DNA of 27,062 nucleotides from Desulfobacteraceae bacterium (GTDB lineage Bacteria; Desulfobacterota; Desulfobacteria; Desulfobacterales; JAABRJ01): NCBI GenBank assembly GCA_011390985.1, contig JAABRJ010000423.1, positions 1 to 27,062 of the forward strand, read 5' to 3'. Shown piece by piece: positions 25,425 to 27,062 of this stretch (position 1 is its first letter; each line of letters starts with the position of its first letter). The notes under the pieces were generated by a model. It saw only the letters and a program-made list of their open reading frames with translations, ran no database searches and was not told where the DNA came from. The position numbers and the translations under genes were made by a program.

Positions 25425-27062
25425 ATGAACTACCCAATTGCAAACATCTTTTCGAAACGGGCGCTGAGACTCTTTGTGGCAATTTTGGCGGTGGGTTTTT
25501 CTGGATGCGCCACCCAAACGGCGAACAAAGGACCCGGGGGCGAGTTGGCAACCCCATCCGCAAAGCAGACGATTTCTAAAATCACCACCAGCCAAGATAG
25601 CGAGACGGTTACGGTAAGGTTGGCGGCCGATCAGAAGCTGGCGTATACCGCCATCAAGCAGCCGAAACCGCTGGCAGTGGTTCTTTACTTTCCGGAAACC
25701 CGGATGGACCTGGTGGATTCCGTTTTGGCGCCGAGCCCCAATGACGTCATTTCGGCCATCCAGGTTGCGGATAAGGATGCAGGCGGCACGCCGGCGCGCG
25801 TGGAAATTTTGTTGAAGAAAGATGTGCGCTATGACGTCACCACTGACGCCCAGAACCTTTGCCTTGTATTCCGCAAGACCGCTGAAGCCCCGGCCCCAGT
25901 GCGGGCTGAGACCCCGACGCTCGTTTCCGAGGCCGCCCAGGCACCCGTGCGTTTCGAACAGATTGAAATCATGCCGCAAGACAATCGGGTCGATCTGCTG
26001 ATCCTCGCCGACGGACCGGTCAATGATTACAGAACATTTTCAATTGAAACCCCGCCGCGAATGGTTTTCGATCTTCTCAAAGTCAAGCTCTCGGGTAACA
26101 AAGAGCAACACTTTACGGTCAAATCCCCGCTGGTCAGCCAGGTTCGGGTGGAGGGCTATCCGGATCGCACACGGGTCGTTCTGGACACCGACCAGAAATA
26201 TTTCAGCGCGTTTTCCGCCGAGGTTGCCGAAAAGGGTCTGATGATTCATGTCGTCGATCCCGGCAAACCCGTGCCAGCTTCTCCCGGAGCCACGGCGGCC
26301 GCCGGAAAGTCGGCCTTGGTCAACCGGATCGACTTTTCAAGCGAAGCGGATGGCAGATCCGCCATCATCATCGGAACCTCCGAGGCTGTTCAGTACAAGG
26401 TCGCCAAGGCCGGCGAGAAGAAACTCGATCTGAGTCTGTTCAATACCAGCATCCCCGGGAACCGCCAGCGCCCCCTGATCACGACGCGCTTTGAAAGTGC
26501 CGTGGATCGGATTCTTCCGGTGCAGACCAAGGAGATGACCGACCGGTCGCTGATATCCATCGAACTGCGCGAAAACGTGCCGTATTTTGTCGAGCAAAAG
26601 GATAACCTGCTGACCCTGCGCTTTGAAAAATCCACGATTCCGCCGCAACCGGTTGCATCGGCCAACTCGCCCGGCTGGCAAAAGGCTCTGACGGAAGGTG
26701 ACGTCCAGGATGGCGGCCCGACCGCCAGGGCGGCTGCGCCGCAGGCCGCCCCTGCCGCCGCAGTAACGGCGGCGCTATCCTCGGTGTCTGCGGGCAAGTG
26801 GGACGAACTCGAACACGGCGTGACCTACGCCAAAGCTCAAAGCGGGCCTGAAGCCTATGATCTGCAGCGGTTGGAAACCAAGGGTTCCAAGGCCAACCTG
26901 GACATCTACACCACCGAAACGGTCAAACGCTACACCGGCGAAAAGATCTCGCTGGATTTTTATGAGACCGACATCAAAAACGTCTTCCGGATTTTGCGGG
27001 AGGTGAGCGGCAAGAACTTTGCCATCGACAAGGACGTCAGCGGTCAGGTGACCCTGAGCTTC
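25425..27062 (+). CDS. pilQ: Type IV pilus secretin PilQ (partial; not in the ORF track because the stop is outside the window)
   Basis: Frame open from ATG 25425 (GGAGA RBS) to the window end, 546 codons by manual translation. It has a lipobox FSGC, three AMIN-like domains (YTAIKQPKPLAVVLYF; YRTFSIETPPRMVFDL...RVVLD; VNRIDF...YKV) and the N0/STN start YTGEKISLDFYETDIKNVFRILREVSGKNF. Confidence 0.94.
   Translation, partial: MNYPIANIFSKRALRLFVAILAVGFSGCATQTANKGPGGELATPSAKQTISKITTSQDSETVTVRLAADQKLAYTAIKQPKPLAVVLYFPETRMDLVDSVLAPSPNDVISAIQVADKDAGGTPARVEILLKKDVRYDVTTDAQNLCLVFRKTAEAPAPVRAETPTLVSEAAQAPVRFEQIEIMPQDNRVDLLILADGPVNDYRTFSIETPPRMVFDLLKVKLSGNKEQHFTVKSPLVSQVRVEGYPDRTRVVLDTDQKYFSAFSAEVAEKGLMIHVVDPGKPVPASPGATAAAGKSALVNRIDFSSEADGRSAIIIGTSEAVQYKVAKAGEKKLDLSLFNTSIPGNRQRPLITTRFESAVDRILPVQTKEMTDRSLISIELRENVPYFVEQKDNLLTLRFEKSTIPPQPVASANSPGWQKALTEGDVQDGGPTARAAAPQAAPAAAVTAALSSVSAGKWDELEHGVTYAKAQSGPEAYDLQRLETKGSKANLDIYTTETVKRYTGEKISLDFYETDIKNVFRILREVSGKNFAIDKDVSGQVTLSF

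Overview
A 27-kb chromosomal stretch from a GC-rich deltaproteobacterium, probably a Desulfobacterales-type sulfate reducer. That placement is inferred from ahbB, the RnfB variant and the XRE-pilMNOPQ layout, not from a database search. No mobile elements, CRISPR arrays, rRNA or tRNA were seen. The blocks from left to right are: (1) a minus-strand nucleoside-salvage operon behind a good sigma70 promoter (purine nucleoside phosphorylase, two tandem MTA/SAH/5'-deoxyadenosine-type deaminases, adenine deaminase, mtnA), running into ahbB; (2) divergently, a DRTGG protein, a membrane-anchored RnfB fused to an NfnB/GltD-like flavoprotein module, and rseC, with no other rnf genes; (3) tag, a TIGR04283-type glycosyltransferase, a Gate-domain membrane protein, recN, an FmdB zinc ribbon, a PflX-type radical SAM, a metallophosphoesterase, an SH3 protein and a TPR protein; (4) a sigma54 two-component pair divergent from XRE-pilM-pilN-pilO-pilP-pilQ (pilQ runs off the window). 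The best leads are: a ~185-nt rod-shaped RNA upstream of XRE-pilMNOPQ whose closing stem excludes a terminator-like hairpin; the RnfB-NfnB-like fusion with altered nucleotide motifs; a 6-oxopurine PNP with an MTAP-like 5' pocket beside two deaminases; a four-repeat insertion in PilP; and a lipoprotein PilQ. All family assignments are from motif recognition by eye.
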